Made by a program: the position numbers and the translations under genes. Shown one piece after another: positions 37,133 through 47,800 of a stretch of DNA of 64,000 nucleotides; positions within the stretch are counted from its first letter, which is position 1; the number at the start of each line of letters is the position of its first letter. Under the pieces are notes generated by a model. It was not told where the DNA came from and made no database searches. It saw only the letters and a program-made list of their open reading frames with translations. The DNA is taken from contig CAWIYB010000005.1 in NCBI GenBank assembly GCA_963840255.1, positions 899,406-963,405 of the forward strand, written 5' to 3'. This DNA comes from an uncultured Chloroflexia bacterium (GTDB lineage Bacteria > Chloroflexota > Anaerolineae > Anaerolineales > UBA4823).

Positions 37133-40100
37133 TTATGGGACCACAGCAGGCACCGTGACAATCGTTGACCAGGTGGTGCCAGATTGGTTCACCGAACCGA
37201 CACGGACGTACCAGACCTGTTTGGCAAGGTTACCGGTGGTGAAGGTCGTAACGTTAATTCCGACATTGGCAGTTCCAGCAATGATACTAAAGCTGCTGAT
37301 AGCACTCCATTGGATCGTGTATCCAGTTTCGCCAACGATATTCGTCCAGGTCACCGTTATGCGTTCGGCATTAGCCCCCTGCCGGGCAGCAGTAGCAGTA
37401 AGGATGGTTGGTGCTGGCGGGAGTGGAGGTACGGCTACCGAGGCGGTATTGGAGTATGCCGACTTTACAATGGCGTTTATCGAAGCCACACGGTAGGTGT
37501 AGGTAACTCCAGGCTGAACCGAAGGGAATTTATCTCCGTACGAGACGTTGCCCACGCCATTGCGGCGTCCCAATGTGACGAGCAGGGTGAAGTTTATGCC
37601 ATCCGTAGACCGCTCCACGATAAAGCCGAGTTCGTTGTTGGCATTATCACGGAAGGTCAGGTTGACAGTAGGCCCAACCGCCAGAACCGCAGTCAGGTTG
37701 GATGGAGCAGCAGGTGCATCCGGTGTTGCAACCAGAACCGTGTTCGAGTACAAGGATGGCCCGATGGCATTCAAGGCATACACACGGTAACGATAATCCC
37801 TGTTGGCTATGCCGGTTAAGTCCACGTATGTTGTGACACCAGGGCCGACTGTCGCCAGCGTGGTGAAAGCTCCGTTGTTGATAGACCGCTCGATTACAAT
37901 GCTGGTCGCGTTTGTGGCATTGTTCTGCCAGCTAAGCGTAATGGTAGGTCCAAAGGTAAGGGCTGCAGTGAGGTTAGACGGAGCCTTGGGGGGGTTCAAG
38001 ACGATCACCACCGGGGTTGTTGACTTTACAGTCATACTTGGGAATTCTGCCCCATAGCCGATGGTGTTATTAGCGACTACCTGATACTGGTAATCGGTGT
38101 ACGGATCGTATGTTGTGTCAACGAAGCTGCGTGGACCGTGGGTGTTCGGCTGGTCGAGCGGTGATGGGGAGGTGCCAACATCGACCCAGTTCACGCCACC
38201 ATCGATTGACCTCTGTACAAGGAAGTCTGTCTCGTTGATCGAGTTGTCGTTCCATGTCAACGTCTGTGTGAGCTTGTCGAAGACAAGTCCATCGGGTGCA
38301 ATGGGAGGTAAGGCTACCGAGACTGGGCGCATCATGTCCATTTCTTCATGGCTCAGGATGTGGCAGTGGTAGACGTATTGCCAGCCGAAGTTGACCAGCT
38401 GATTTATGATTGGATTAGTTGGGTTGCCCTGGGGGTCAACGTTGTTGAACCCGACAGTCGAACCTGCTTGCATCATCGGGCTCAGCAAGCGGATGCTGTT
38501 AGGCAGCTCCCACGGCACGTACGGGATGACCGGCCGCAAAGCCACGATGGTATCTTGCAGCGGGCTGATGCGCACGGTATCCTTCCAACCCAGCTCTGTG
38601 GGGTCGTTGGGGATGACGATGTTGTCCCAGGTGACCCGGTTGAGCACCTGGACGTCATACAGGTGGAAGTGGATGGGGTGCGTGTCCACGCCGTTGTGAG
38701 TGATCTTCCAGATCTGGGTGCCGTCATCTGCCACAGAGATGGGCGTCATGCCGATACCGAGCGCGTCGAGTTTTGGCAGGTTGGTGGCATCGATCAGCTC
38801 CGTCGCCGGGTTGACGAATGGATACAGCGTGACGTTTTGTGCTGCCGGATTAGCCGGGACGGCTTCGATGCCTAGATTGGCGGTCATCCGTCCGAACTCA
38901 TCGAAGGCGACCGAATTCATCTCGTCGTGAAGCGCCTTCGGTTGGAATGGGATCGAAAGCTTCTCCCATGTGTTGGACGTTGCTCCTTTCAGTGTGTCAA
39001 AGGTGAACAGCTGGCCGCCTTGTTGATTGATTCGAGCGAGCCCGTCGCATTTAGCGGGGAAGGGAGGATTGGTGCAATCACCGCTGCCAGCGAAGCTGGT
39101 ACCGTAGGCGGTGTTGTAAGCCGCCTGCCCGACGATGATGGGGTGCTGCCCAGACTCGAACACGCCTGAGCCATTGGCTTTATGAGAGAAGGCAAGCCTA
39201 AGTGCATTCAAGTTGAAAGGAGCAGCCGGAGTGATTGCAGCGATCTTGACCTGCATGATGGTGCGGGTGTTGGGTCCATAGCCGGGCAGGATGGCTGAAG
39301 GTCCATTCGGGCTTTGATCGGGGTAGCCGGTGTAGTAATCGTAACTAGGCACACGGGCTGGGAAGGCAGCGGGGGCATCATTGTACAGGATCAAGGTCTT
39401 ACCGGCAAACCGGGAGAAGTCGACGATTACATCGGCACGCTCGGCGGGCGCCAGCAACAAGGAATGCAAGTCTACGTTACCGACGTCAAAGCGGGTCGGG
39501 TCGGTGATCCAGGTGGTTACTTGCTGACCATCGATGACCACCGGAGCAGGTAAGAAACCGCCTTCGCTGCCGATGGCGATCCAGTCGGGACCCGTAAGAT
39601 CATATGTCACGCCGTTGAACACGATGCTCTTTAGTGCCTCCGGGAAAACAACCGGATCCAGTTGTGCAGCTGCCACCTGAGCGGGGTTCAAGGCGACTTC
39701 GCTGTCGGTGCCTGTACTCGGGTCGGCAATGTACCACTGCAGGTTCCAGAAGCGGTCATTGGCGGCGTTGAGGATGCGGAAGCGGTAAGACTTGGGATCC
39801 AATGTCACCGTTGGGTAAACAGTCCCATTCACCAATGGCGTGTCATTGAACTGTTCCATGCCGACCGAGATGTTGGGCGTGCCGGGGACATACTGAGGCT
39901 CGCAGAACGGGTCAGTATCATACTGCCAGGTGGCGGAGTCGTCGAGGTTGCATGGCACCGCCAGATCTGTTGTGAAGTCATCTGCCGTATGCCGTATACC
40001 ATCTGGGCCGAGCGGATCTTTACCGTAGTAGGGGTTGGCAATGGGACCATGCATAGGCGTAGCAGGTGGCCAGAACCAGGGACCGTACATCCAACGACCA

Positions 40101-42976
40101 TATGCGCTCATGCCGCCCGGGTCACCGGGGTTCTGAGCCGACATGTAGACGTGGTGGTACCAGAAATTACCATAACCGCCCCAGCGGGAAGCATCCCAGG
40201 TCGGGTCGGCGGCAGCCAGTTGGGCCGCGTCGGGCACGAAGGTGCGATCCTGGATGACCAGTGGGATACCGATACCCACGCTGGCCAGGGCACCACCCGG
40301 AGCAACCAGCTTCTGCTCGGTAGCGTCCGTAATCAGGTAACCAGCGGCTTCACCGGCATATACGTTCAGGCGGGTGATGCCCCAGGCATGGTCATGGTAG
40401 AACAACAGACGGGCGCTCTGCTGGTTGGTGTAGTAGAAAGTCATACAGCCGTCAGTTGCTGCCGTGCAGTCGGGCACACCGGCTACAGGAGCCATATCGG
40501 GAACAGAAGCTACATCCACGCCTTGTGGCCATGATGTATCCTCACCTGCTGGGGTGATCCACTGGTGAGCGGTGCCATCACTGATCCAGGGGGTAGTACC
40601 ACCGTGCAGGTGCAGGGTAGCCCGGTTGTCCTGGAAGCAATCCATACCCTTCGGGTACTCTGAACACATGGGGTTACGCACTTCATCCATTACGGTGCCT
40701 GCGTCCACCGGGTCAGCCATACCGGTCGGGCCCATGCCTGAGCCCATGATAGTGGAGTCGGTGGGCAGGAACAGGTCGCCATCCGAGCCAGTCGGCAGCA
40801 AGTTGTAGAACACGATACGGACGGGTGTGTTCTTCGTCGCAACGATAACTGGTCCGAGGAAGTGGGGATCATCGACAGCATAGGCTTGCTGCCCATTGAT
40901 CATGATCGGAGTAGGTGGCAAGGCTGGGTCAAGGTTGGCATTCGCTAGTGCGACATGCTTGCTCCAGATTGCATTGTCAGTGGTCTCGAGCTGCACGTAC
41001 TCACGCACCAAGGTACCCGTGGCAGGCAGGGAGGAACTCATGCGTTCACGGTGCTGTACGACCGCAATCACGTAGTAGTCCGCACCAGGGAAGGTGGTGG
41101 TATCAGGTACGGCAACCGGGATGTGCTGGCCCAGGTTGTTGTTTGTGCAGTCAGCGAAAGTTTGGCCTGCTGCTGGAATGCACAGCACGGGCAGACCATC
41201 CTGGAATTTCTTGATCCCGGTCTGGGTCAGGTAGCCCGATCCAGCGGCGGTTAAATTGATGGCAGTGACAGCGCCGATATCAACAGTAGCGGTGGCGCCA
41301 GCGCCAGATCCGGTCGGGTCATTAATGACCACCGACGGGAGAGAAGTATATCCTGAACCGAAGGTATCCAGACCGATGGATGTGATGGCAAGTGTTGAAT
41401 GCACCTCGGCGCCAGTACCGCCACCGGGAACCGGGTCGTTGATGGTGCCGTCACGGATGGTCATACCGGGAGCCAATGTATAGCCGGTCCCCACCTGATC
41501 CACCTGAACACCGGTGATCGTCACGGTAGTGGCTGGAGGGATGGCCAGACAGCCTGGTTCAACACATAAGACGTGACCTTTTGCCTGAACCCCATTGGGA
41601 TCAGTCGGCATATCAAAATCTACTGTCGGCATTTGGTAACCGGAGCCAAAATTGGTCACGACCACCTGGTCAACTGAGCCATAAGCTGTGGCAGTAGCAC
41701 CCAGGGAGGGCGGCTGGGCCAAACCAGACCCGTCTATCGAGACAGTTGTTGGTATAACTGCGAAGAGAACGTTCCAAGTTGGACTGGCACCGCTAACAAA
41801 AGCTGTTACTCCAAAAGCCGAAAATGCGGTTTCGATATCGAGAGGCGAGGCGTTCCAGGCAAGAGGAGTGGTCGTCTGGCCATCGACGGAGAGGGTGAAG
41901 GTACCACCATAGGCAGTGCCTAAATCTACAACATAGGTATCAGCTGCATAATGGACCGTGGTATAGTCTGTTACACCCATGGTTAACAACAAAAAGTCAG
42001 GCGTGACTGCCAATGGTGGAGCGGCGAAGGTGATCACCCATGGATCAGCGATCGAACCAGTGCCGGTAACCGTGGCGGTAACCCCGGCTGCCAAGAGCGC
42101 AGTTTCGACATCAAGGGCTGATGCATTCCAAAGAATTGGACCAGCAAGCAGGCCGTCGACATCGAGCGTAAAGCTGCCACCCGTAGCGCTGCCGGCGGTC
42201 ACGTTCCACACATCAGATGTGCCACCGACCGCGGCGCTGGCATCCACGACACCCTGGGTGAGACCAGCCGGGTCAAGTACTACAGAGGCTGGTGTTAACG
42301 TGAAGGCGATGACCCACGGGTCGAGAAGTGTGCCGGTACCAGTTACTGAGTTGGTAGCAACACCGGCATTGGTGAGGGCTGTTGCAACATCCGCTGCTAT
42401 TGCATTATAGGCGATGGCGCCTGTCAGAGCACCATCCACTGTTAGGGTGAAGGTCCCAAACGTGGCGCTGCCAGCACTCACACTGTACATATTTGAGGTG
42501 ACGGCAACAACGGTAGCCGGGACACCGATAGGACCGCCACCGGAAATGACCACGCTCGGTGCGGTATAACCAGCGCCGCCGGGACTAACCGTGATGGCAG
42601 TGACTGAACCTGTGGTCGAGACGACTGCGTCAGCCGCAGCTCCCAAGCCCGCGCCGCCAAAGACGACCGTCGCAGCGGTATAGCCAGATCCGGGGTTGGT
42701 GATGGTGATGCCGGTGATGGCACCATTCCCACCGACGGTGGCAGTAGCGGTTGCTCCGGTGCCATCACCCACAATATCTACGGTGGCATCAGGCAGGGTG
42801 AACGGGCTGTTAGCCCAGTTGGAATATGGACCAAAGGCGTGGGGAACCTTTGTCTCGTCTACTGGCGACATTGGCATCGCTGCGCCAGTCTGGATTTTAC
42901 TTGCCGCTCCAAAGATAAGAGAAGCAAGCAGAATGGTAAAAATGAAATAACTAAAGAATTTTCGAAGAGCCATCAT
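37133..42976 (-). CDS. giant secreted multicopper oxidase with N-terminal repeat modules and four C-terminal FN3 domains
   Basis: 1947 aa with a Sec signal peptide. All four MCO copper motifs are present in order: LHLHGG (HxHG), YHDHAWG (HxH), HPIHFHLYD (HxxHxH) and HCHILSHEEMDMM (HCHxxxHxxxxM). There are six GSGY-containing short repeats, three ~60-aa FTLxVDG...NA.A.D(V/I)ETA...PW modules, and four FN3-like repeats (PxAPSNLTA...). A strong SD (AGGAGG) sits just upstream of ATGATG. Confidence 0.9.
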   Translation of the reverse strand: MMALRKFFSYFIFTILLASLIFGAASKIQTGAAMPMSPVDETKVPHAFGPYSNWANSPFTLPDATVDIVGDGTGATATATVGGNGAITGITITNPGSGYTAATVVFGGAGLGAAADAVVSTTGSVTAITVSPGGAGYTAPSVVISGGGPIGVPATVVAVTSNMYSVSAGSATFGTFTLTVDGALTGAIAYNAIAADVATALTNAGVATNSVTGTGTLLDPWVIAFTLTPASVVLDPAGLTQGVVDASAAVGGTSDVWNVTAGSATGGSFTLDVDGLLAGPILWNASALDVETALLAAGVTATVTGTGSIADPWVITFAAPPLAVTPDFLLLTMGVTDYTTVHYAADTYVVDLGTAYGGTFTLSVDGQTTTPLAWNASPLDIETAFSAFGVTAFVSGASPTWNVLFAVIPTTVSIDGSGLAQPPSLGATATAYGSVDQVVVTNFGSGYQMPTVDFDMPTDPNGVQAKGHVLCVEPGCLAIPPATTVTITGVQVDQVGTGYTLAPGMTIRDGTINDPVPGGGTGAEVHSTLAITSIGLDTFGSGYTSLPSVVINDPTGSGAGATATVDIGAVTAINLTAAGSGYLTQTGIKKFQDGLPVLCIPAAGQTFADCTNNNLGQHIPVAVPDTTTFPGADYYVIAVVQHRERMSSSLPATGTLVREYVQLETTDNAIWSKHVALANANLDPALPPTPIMINGQQAYAVDDPHFLGPVIVATKNTPVRIVFYNLLPTGSDGDLFLPTDSTIMGSGMGPTGMADPVDAGTVMDEVRNPMCSEYPKGMDCFQDNRATLHLHGGTTPWISDGTAHQWITPAGEDTSWPQGVDVASVPDMAPVAGVPDCTAATDGCMTFYYTNQQSARLLFYHDHAWGITRLNVYAGEAAGYLITDATEQKLVAPGGALASVGIGIPLVIQDRTFVPDAAQLAAADPTWDASRWGGYGNFWYHHVYMSAQNPGDPGGMSAYGRWMYGPWFWPPATPMHGPIANPYYGKDPLGPDGIRHTADDFTTDLAVPCNLDDSATWQYDTDPFCEPQYVPGTPNISVGMEQFNDTPLVNGTVYPTVTLDPKSYRFRILNAANDRFWNLQWYIADPSTGTDSEVALNPAQVAAAQLDPVVFPEALKSIVFNGVTYDLTGPDWIAIGSEGGFLPAPVVIDGQQVTTWITDPTRFDVGNVDLHSLLLAPAERADVIVDFSRFAGKTLILYNDAPAAFPARVPSYDYYTGYPDQSPNGPSAILPGYGPNTRTIMQVKIAAITPAAPFNLNALRLAFSHKANGSGVFESGQHPIIVGQAAYNTAYGTSFAGSGDCTNPPFPAKCDGLARINQQGGQLFTFDTLKGATSNTWEKLSIPFQPKALHDEMNSVAFDEFGRMTANLGIEAVPANPAAQNVTLYPFVNPATELIDATNLPKLDALGIGMTPISVADDGTQIWKITHNGVDTHPIHFHLYDVQVLNRVTWDNIVIPNDPTELGWKDTVRISPLQDTIVALRPVIPYVPWELPNSIRLLSPMMQAGSTVGFNNVDPQGNPTNPIINQLVNFGWQYVYHCHILSHEEMDMMRPVSVALPPIAPDGLVFDKLTQTLTWNDNSINETDFLVQRSIDGGVNWVDVGTSPSPLDQPNTHGPRSFVDTTYDPYTDYQYQVVANNTIGYGAEFPSMTVKSTTPVVIVLNPPKAPSNLTAALTFGPTITLSWQNNATNATSIVIERSINNGAFTTLATVGPGVTTYVDLTGIANRDYRYRVYALNAIGPSLYSNTVLVATPDAPAAPSNLTAVLAVGPTVNLTFRDNANNELGFIVERSTDGINFTLLVTLGRRNGVGNVSYGDKFPSVQPGVTYTYRVASINAIVKSAYSNTASVAVPPLPPAPTILTATAARQGANAERITVTWTNIVGETGYTIQWSAISSFSIIAGTANVGINVTTFTTGNLAKQVWYVRVGSVNQSGTTWSTIVTVPAVVP

Positions 42977-43422
42977 GACCTCCTAAGGGTATGATAAAAG
43001 TTGGGTGTGTTTAGCGATGAATAATTTTGGATTTGTGCTTTTTTTTGAACCAATTTTTCTATCTCCTCAAATTTTTGATCCCCTGTGCAGCTTACCGTTA
43101 GACTCGCGGTTCTAATCTGGTCGGGGTCGTTGCTATCACCAATAACATACTTCGAGCCAATGATTTGGAATTGTTGGGCTGAATTACCTGTTTCTATAGA
43201 TCTGAGCACCTCCTCTTGCGAAAATGTTAAAAATAATGAATTCAACTCGGGTTGGGTGACTCTCCCGAGGTCGTTCATGCCTATAAAAACCATAGGCGGT
43301 GATTTTTTATTCGTAATTATCGTTTGGGTATCACTCAATATGGCCTCCTTAATAAACCTGGTATGGTTGATCGGATTAGTCTTAAGAAGATCTGCAGCAA
43401 TAAGGTTGATTGAAATATTCAT
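42973..43422 (-). CDS. hypothetical 149-aa protein, translationally coupled to the oxidase
   Basis: Its stop TGA overlaps the oxidase ATG (ATGA at 42973-42976), and the oxidase SD lies inside its 3' end. It is visibly more AT-rich than the oxidase. No family recognised. Confidence 0.6.
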   Translation of the reverse strand: MNISINLIAADLLKTNPINHTRFIKEAILSDTQTIITNKKSPPMVFIGMNDLGRVTQPELNSLFLTFSQEEVLRSIETGNSAQQFQIIGSKYVIGDSNDPDQIRTASLTVSCTGDQKFEEIEKLVQKKAQIQNYSSLNTPNFYHTLRRS

Positions 43423-43453
43423 AGGTCAGGAGACGTGTAGCCAAGACACACGA

Positions 43454-43834
43454 TTACTCGTGGTTACCATTATTACTCTTACCTATGATCGTCCCGACAC
43501 AATCCAACAAACGTTCTGGGGCAATCGGTTTAATCAGATAATGAGCACTTAATAGCTTGTTCTCCTTTTCAATCTCTGAAGATGACTGGTCGGTGAGTAT
43601 CACAATCGACAGATCGGGATACTTACCCAGTACTGTGGGAAGGAATACCTTTCGGGTTTCTGGAATATTGACGTCTGTAATTGCCATGCAGTAATTACCA
43701 GATTGAAGGATGTCCATAGCCTTGTAAACACAATCGGTAGAAGTGACGAAGTATCCGGCACGTTGAAGGATAAGTGCAATCGATTGGCGCAAATTAGGAT
43801 CATCTTCAACAAGCACAATTAATTTAGGATTCAT
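43454..43834 (-). CDS. single-domain response regulator (REC only, CheY-like)
   Basis: 126 aa. LIVLVEDDPNLRQSIALILQRAGYFVT..., phospho-acceptor context AITDVNIPE, and late K (YLIKP). It is paralogous to the REC of the next gene. Confidence 0.85.
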   Translation of the reverse strand: MNPKLIVLVEDDPNLRQSIALILQRAGYFVTSTDCVYKAMDILQSGNYCMAITDVNIPETRKVFLPTVLGKYPDLSIVILTDQSSSEIEKENKLLSAHYLIKPIAPERLLDCVGTIIGKSNNGNHE

Positions 43835-43992
43835 AAATCTCCGTCGCGTTTAATCTCATCCTTATTTTATAGATAATAAGGGGATGAATAATTTGAAATA
43901 GTTGGTATATATTGGTGAGAAACCAATGGATGCCTTTAAAGCAAAAAGCGGGCAGTGATGGTCGCTACCCGCTTTTCAGGGGAAATTAATGA

Positions 43993-44796
43993 TTAAACTA
44001 TCAGCCGATAGCCAACGTCGCGGACTGTGATGACCAACTTTGGTTGGCGAGGATCCGGTTCCAATAATTTACGGATCTCGTGCATCTGCCAGCGGGCGAT
44101 TTCGCGGGCTTCTGCACGGCTGATATGCTCGTACCCTTGCGATTCTGAGACCAATTTCTCGTAAGTTACTGGGTGGGGTGAGTGTCGCGCCAGGGTGACC
44201 AGATAATCAAATGCAGAGGGCGGCAGGGAGGTACAGGAGTTATCATATGTGACCGAGTGAGTATGCCTGTCCAATACCAAAGCTCCGCATTTTACGTATC
44301 GTGATGGGTCTACCTTAGGAACCGGTTTATCCTGCGCTTCAGTACGCGCTTCCTTGTGATCAATGGATTGTAATTCGGACAATAAATCCTGCAATTGGTT
44401 GGTAATTTCACGACGCCTCTTCGGTTTTTCTTCATTCAGGAGGTTTTTCACCCGGTTGAGAATGGTTTCAGGGTCGATTGGTTTCAGCAAGTAATCCCTG
44501 GCCCCCAACCTGACCGCCCCTATGGCGGTATCCAGGGTGGCATGTGCGGTGAGGATAAACACAGGCATGTCAGGATATAATTCCCTTAATTGGGGGAGTA
44601 GCTGGATCCCGTTTTGATCGGGCAGCTTGATATCCAGGAAGGTCAAATCATATGCTCCAGCCTGCAAGACATGGAGCGCTTCAGCTGCGTCGGGGGCAGT
44701 CGTGACCGTGTAGCCCGCGCGCTGCAGGATAAGCCCAAGGCTGCGTCTTAAATTAGGCTCATCATCGATAATCAATATGGAGTGACTGGTACTCAT
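43993..44796 (-). CDS. response regulator, REC + long linker + OmpR/PhoB-type winged-helix domain
   Basis: 267 aa. ILIIDDEPNLRRSLGLILQRAGYTVT, TFLDIKLPDQNG, DYLLKP. The C-terminal ...LVITVRDVGYRLIV is typical of Trans_reg_C. Confidence 0.85.
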   Translation of the reverse strand: MSTSHSILIIDDEPNLRRSLGLILQRAGYTVTTAPDAAEALHVLQAGAYDLTFLDIKLPDQNGIQLLPQLRELYPDMPVFILTAHATLDTAIGAVRLGARDYLLKPIDPETILNRVKNLLNEEKPKRRREITNQLQDLLSELQSIDHKEARTEAQDKPVPKVDPSRYVKCGALVLDRHTHSVTYDNSCTSLPPSAFDYLVTLARHSPHPVTYEKLVSESQGYEHISRAEAREIARWQMHEIRKLLEPDPRQPKLVITVRDVGYRLIV

Positions 44797-44819
44797 GGAT
44801 CAATCTCCTTACTACTAAA

Positions 44820-47800
44820 TTATTCTACCAAACTGGGCAGCCAAATGGTAAAGCTCGCACCCTGACCGGGCATACTTTCCACGGTAATCTGCCCACCATG
44901 TTTTTGGATAATGCCGAAGCAGATCGATAGACCCAATCCCAAGCCGAATTCCTTGGTAGTGATAAACGGCTCGAAGATATGGGGCAGTATTTCCGGATTT
45001 ATCCCCGGACCGGTATCACTGATGACTATTCCCACTTGAGTTTTGTCATCCGAGTGGACCATATTTAAGGATAGAATTCCGCCTGAGGACTGCATCGCTT
45101 CCACAGCATTCAAAGTGATATTAAGGAAGACCTCGATGATATGGTCGCGGATACAACGTATTTCGCAGTGCTCCAATCCCGGCAATTGCTTCCAGACTAC
45201 GTGGGAGTTTTTTAGATGGGGAGTGATTAATTGATGGACCTCATCGATAATGCCCAACAAATCCTGAGCACGCATCGTTTGAACATCTTGCGATCGATAT
45301 AGCTGGCGTAATTGACCGACGATATTGGATAAACGCTGAGTCTCTGATAGGGCCATATCCAGCGGTTCTTTACTAATAGATTCAGGATCGACATCCTGCT
45401 GGATGAGATAAAGGCAATTTTTAATCGTCTGCAATGGATTATTAATTTCATGGGTAACTGACCCGACCATGCGACCGATGGCGGCATGCTTTTCAGCTTG
45501 AATCAACTGGTTCTCATAATTCTTTTTCTCAGTGATATCAGTGCAAGTACCGATCCAAGTTGAGATATTGCCGTCATTATCCTTAACAGGCACTCCTCGA
45601 ACGGCGAAATGGTTATATTCACCATGGCGATTTCTTATCCGGTACTCAACATCATAGAGTGCTTTATTCTCCACGGCACATGACCATATATCAGCAACTC
45701 TTTCCCGGTCATCAGGGTGTAATGCGTTGATCCAACCCGAACCCAAAAACTCCTCCAGGCTTTGCCCCGTGAAGCCTCTCCAGCTATGGCTATCCTCAAC
45801 CACCTCGCCTGCCGCGTTGGTCTGCCAGACAATCTGCGCACTGGCAATGACCAGGGACCGATACTGCTGCTCGCTCTTTCGAAGTGCATCCTCTGCCTGC
45901 TTATGCTCGGTGATATCCTGCCGGATCGAAATAAAATTAGCGATGGTCCCATCTTGATCGATGACCGGGGTAATGATTTGTTCTTCATAATAAAGGCTGC
46001 CATTTTTACGCCGGTTTACAAGTTCGCCGTGCCATACTTTCCCTGCCAGGATGATTTCCCATAATTCACGATAAAATTCATGTTCGTGCATTCCAGATTT
46101 AAGGATACGCGGATTTCGACCAACGATTTCTGATTTGGAGTATCCAGTCATGCGGCTGAATGCCGGGTTTGACCATAATATCGATCCATCCTTATTCACG
46201 AGGATAATCCCATTGGCTGCCGCTTCGAGGGCAGTAGTCAAAACAATGAGTTGTCGCTCAGTTTCCTTCCGCTCGCTGATATCGCGGGCGGCAGCGAAGA
46301 CCCCCGCCACTTTGCCGGTCTCATCATGATAGACCGAGGCATTGTAAACCACCGGGGTTATATGACCGTCGCGATGCTGGATTTCCAGCTCATAATTGCG
46401 AACCGTCCCCGTCTCAAAAACTTGTTCGTACCCCAACCGAGCTTTTTCTGGATTGGTGAAATAACTATGGAAAGCGGTGCCAATCAGCGATTGGCGAGGA
46501 TAGCCCGTTATTGCTTCGGTAACAGTATTGACATCACCAATTATTCCGTCTGGGGTGATCGTCACCAGGGCATCCAGGTAAGCTTCGAGCAGGCTGCGGT
46601 TATAAGCATTCAATGAACGCAGCTTCTCCTCCACGTTCTTGCGGTCGGTGATGTCGATGCCTAGCTCAAGGATCAGGGGAGAACCGTCAACATCACTAAA
46701 GGGGAAGTCGAAGACATCGTAATTGCGATGATCTGGCCCCGTCCATTCCCATCGACGGCTCGTCCCAGTTTCAAATACTTTATAGGTTTCACAATTTGCA
46801 CATGGATACTCATAACCGAAGAGATACTCATAACAGTGCCGACCGTCATCCTCGCCGAAATGCTCTCTGAAATAACGATTAGCAAAAGCTACGTGATAAT
46901 CTGGGGTAAGCAGGATGGTATAGACAGGTAATACTTCCAAGACATCATTAAATCTCTGGCGCTCAGCTTCCACAGCTTGCGTTTGTTCAAGGAGCTCAGA
47001 TGCTATCCTTTTTCGCGCACTGATCTCCTTCCTTAATTCATCATTCGCTTGCTGGAGCTCTTTAGTTCGCTGTTGGATGGTAATTTCCAACTTTTCCTGG
47101 GCATGGCGAAGGGCTTCTTCAGCTTGAACACGTTTCGAGATGTCGTTATATGCGATGACGACCCCATAATCTGTTAGTGGAATGGGCGAGGCAGATACAC
47201 TGATCCAACTGATTTGATCATCACTTTTTATAATGCCCATTTCCACGTTTTCGACACGGAGATTTTCTTTCAAGGCACGCACACTGGCATATTCTTCAGG
47301 TGGCATTGGAGATTGATCCAGACGGACGATCTTCCATTCCTCTCCTTGGATCAGCTTGCCTTTTTGTTGTTCGCCGGATAACCCCAGTAAGCGCGTCGCC
47401 TCCTGGTTAGATTCGAGGATTTGACCGTTTTGATCCGTAACCGTAACCCCAAGCGGCAGTGTATCAAAAAGCAAGGAATACTTGGTCAGGTTGATCCTCA
47501 ATTCATCTTCCATCTTCTTTCGTTCGGTGATATCCAGGAAGATGGTAGCAAATTGATTCGAGGCGCACCGGTAGGCAAAAATTTCATAGTACCGATTTAA
47601 AGTAGCGGAATAATTTTCAAACTGGACTGGCTCGCCGGTGAGGATGACATCCGCGTAAATATTGACCCGGCGATCAGTCTCACCTGGAAACACTTCCTGC
47701 GATGTTTTACCTACGACATTTTCTCGTGTTAACCCAGTATGCCGTTCAAAGGCAGGGTTGATATCAAGGAAGCGATAATCGGTCGGCTTGCCATTTTCAT

